DNA of 64,000 bases from Clostridia bacterium (GTDB lineage Bacteria; Bacillota; Clostridia; HGM11514). Positions 62,013-64,000 of the stretch are shown piece by piece. A program made the position numbers and the translations under genes. The stretch is from NCBI GenBank assembly GCA_045586685.1, contig JAZNAU010000038.1, positions 32,001 to 96,000 on the forward strand, in the 5' to 3' direction. Position 1 is the stretch's first letter, and each line of letters opens with the position of its first letter. The notes below the pieces were generated by a model that saw nothing but the letters and a program-made list of their open reading frames with translations, did no database searches and was not told where the DNA came from.

Positions 62013-62906
62013 TCACTTCCCTTTCGTCAGTTTATTTTGCAATTCCACAATAATTTCCTTTGTTTGTTTTACAATGTTTTTCTGTATTGTTTGGAAAAAA
62101 TATCGTTCCGATTCATAAGGGATACCGATCATCACGGAAGGAACACCAAAAATCATTCCCGTTCTGCTCTGGATTTCCTGTTTTGCACTGACGTATAATT
62201 GATAAGGAAGGTTACACCCTTCTAACACATCTGTAAGATAAAAAGTGTCCATAAATGCTCCGTCCCTTAATTTCACCACAGGGCCCTTTTCCAAAGAAAT
62301 CGAGGTACTTTCTTCCTTTTTTTCAACCGAAACTGCTTCAACAAAAAAAGTAAGTTCCGGCTTTATTTGAGATAAAGCAACCAAAGCTCCCTTCTTCCCC
62401 ATTTGATAAAGAGAGGAAAAAACAAACCACAGATCCCCTTCCAAATCTTCTTCTATTATTTGCAGAATCACTTCACAGCAAGCGGCTCACAAGCATCCAA
62501 AGGCCGTCAAAGTATCTTCCGTTTCAACCGACTCCCCTGTCCCAACACCGCTTTCTCCGATTTGGGCAGTTCCTTGGGTCACCGTGACTAATTCCTTTTG
62601 AACAATTCCTTTACTGCCATTTTCAAACAAAATTTCTCTGTTATCCAAAGCATCAACAGGACAATCTCCCAAGGTGCCATAGTAAAACTTATTGTTATTT
62701 TCCTTATGAGAAAGAAATATTCCCTTTTCATCCATACCGCACACATAGGCAATCCGTTTTCCCGTACCAACACGGTGAAAAATCAAATTACCGCATCCGT
62801 CTGTAGATACCTCCATATTTCCTTGAAACTGCATACAGTATTCTCTTACTTTTTGTTCCATGCCAGAGGGAGCAAATAATCGTGCTAATTCATTGAGTCT
62901 GCTCAT
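62013..62906 (-). pseudogene. Degenerate M42-family peptidase homolog, single frame interrupted by TGA at 62487-62489
   Basis: ORFs 62487-62906 and 62013-62471 share one frame (FGCL*AACCEVILQ); aligns along its length with the upstream M42 gene. Confidence 0.7.
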
Positions 62907-63892
62907 AATACTCCCTCCAATTCTTCAATAAATCCTTCTATTAACTTACAATATGCCTCATAATCATCCAAATCAATCACACTGCATGGAGAATGAATAT
63001 ATCGACAAGGTAACGAAATAACCATAGTCGCACATCCTCTGCCGTATAACTGCAACGCACCCGCATCATTCCCACCTGTAGTGGCTTTTTTGAGTTGAAT
63101 GGGTAATTTCAATTTTTTCGCTGTATCAATCATCAAATTACGGTAGTCCGCATTGGAATAGGAGGCTCCGTCTGCAACGCTGACGGCAGGACCCTTTCCA
63201 AGCTCTGTGACAAACTCATGAGAAACCCCCGTCAAGTCAGAACAAGTAGTTGCCTCCACTGCTATGGCAAAATCAGGACGAATCCGATTAGCAAGCACCT
63301 TTGCCCCTCTCAATCCCACTTCTTCCTGGACACTAAAGCAAGCATACAGATCAAAGGAATAGCTTTTCTCCGCCTGTAACAACCTGATTAACGCAGCACA
63401 GCCTACACGGTCATCCAATGCCTTTCCCTTGGCTTTTCCGTCTCCAAATTCCACATATTCACTGTCAAAGGAAACATATTCACCTCGCTTAACCGTTACT
63501 CCTGTATCTAAATATAAATCTTGAAAGGTAAGTTCCCTTTTCCGATCTTCAGAGGTGGTATGATGTGCCGCTTTCAACCCAAAGACTGCGGGCAATTTTT
63601 GTTCTCCCACTCTGACCCGTTGACCGGCTAAAATTCTTGTGTCAAATCCTCCAACAGGCTTTACTCTGCAAAACCCGTCCTCCATGACATGACTGACAAT
63701 AAAGCCCACTTCGTCCATGTGTGCACAAAGCATGACCTTTTTCTTTCCCGAACCCTTTTTCAAGGCTATTAAATTACCCAAAGAATCCTCTTCCAAAACA
63801 TCACAAAAAGGTCGGATTTGAGCTTTTATATACTCACGAACTGCAATTTCGTTTCCCGAAACACCGTCTAACATACAAAGGGTTCTTAACAT
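62903..63892 (-). CDS. M42 (TET) aminopeptidase
   Basis: GVSGNE, CAHMDEVG, KALDDRVG, QEEVGLRGA and RYIHS metal-binding motifs. Confidence 0.93.
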   Translation of the reverse strand: MLRTLCMLDGVSGNEIAVREYIKAQIRPFCDVLEEDSLGNLIALKKGSGKKKVMLCAHMDEVGFIVSHVMEDGFCRVKPVGGFDTRILAGQRVRVGEQKLPAVFGLKAAHHTTSEDRKRELTFQDLYLDTGVTVKRGEYVSFDSEYVEFGDGKAKGKALDDRVGCAALIRLLQAEKSYSFDLYACFSVQEEVGLRGAKVLANRIRPDFAIAVEATTCSDLTGVSHEFVTELGKGPAVSVADGASYSNADYRNLMIDTAKKLKLPIQLKKATTGGNDAGALQLYGRGCATMVISLPCRYIHSPCSVIDLDDYEAYCKLIEGFIEELEGVL

Positions 63893-64000
63893 GTCAGGTC
63901 ACCTCCTGCCAGCAATGAAATCAGCCGTGCTGCAGCCTCCATGTCAGAAAACTGAAGAGTTTCCGTCATGGTATGCATATACCGCAGAGGAACAGAAATA
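63886..64000 (-). CDS. M42 aminopeptidase, C-terminal end (partial)
   Basis: Hand translation ISVPLRYMHTMTETLQFSDMEAAARLI...; overlaps the start of the next M42 gene. Confidence 0.8.
   Translation of the reverse strand, partial: ISVPLRYMHTMTETLQFSDMEAAARLISLLAGGDLTC

Noticed and set aside
62487-62489. Genome-wide TGA reassignment (code 4 or 25)
   Set aside because: TGA ends many intact genes here (lepA, hisZ, hisG, hisA, murT, rbfA) and no other gene shows an internal TGA
1-64000. CRISPR arrays, IS elements, prophage, rRNA
   Set aside because: No regularly spaced repeats, transposase or phage genes, or rRNA signatures seen; the only recombinase is the spoIIM-linked XerD-like gene

Overview
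A 64-kb stretch of core chromosome from a low-GC, spore-forming Clostridia (Bacillota), with most genes on the minus strand. It holds housekeeping clusters (rsmD-coaD, T-box-pheST, lepA-hemW, yabE-like-rsmA, hisZ-G-A-IE, murT-gatD, a two-component system plus htrA, a polar amino-acid ABC transporter, rplS-lepB-rbgA-rnhB-yraN, and rimP-nusA-rnpM-ylxQ-infB-rbfA-nrnA-truB-ribF), sporulation genes (SipL-like, spoVAE, spoIIM) and one tRNA-Gln(CUG). I saw no prophage, IS, CRISPR array or rRNA. Main items for follow-up: (1) an unannotated, independently transcribed 56-aa peptide gene (40465-40635) with a YxxP-hydrophobic RiPP-leader-like N-terminus and a structured 5' UTR; (2) an M42 peptidase trio whose third copy has lost its metal ligands and carries one in-frame TGA; (3) forespore-type promoters on spoVAE and a bile-salt-hydrolase-family gene; (4) WalR-type direct repeats at two envelope genes; (5) a XerD-like recombinase with altered catalytic residues. 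All calls are by eye; no searches or folding calculations were run.
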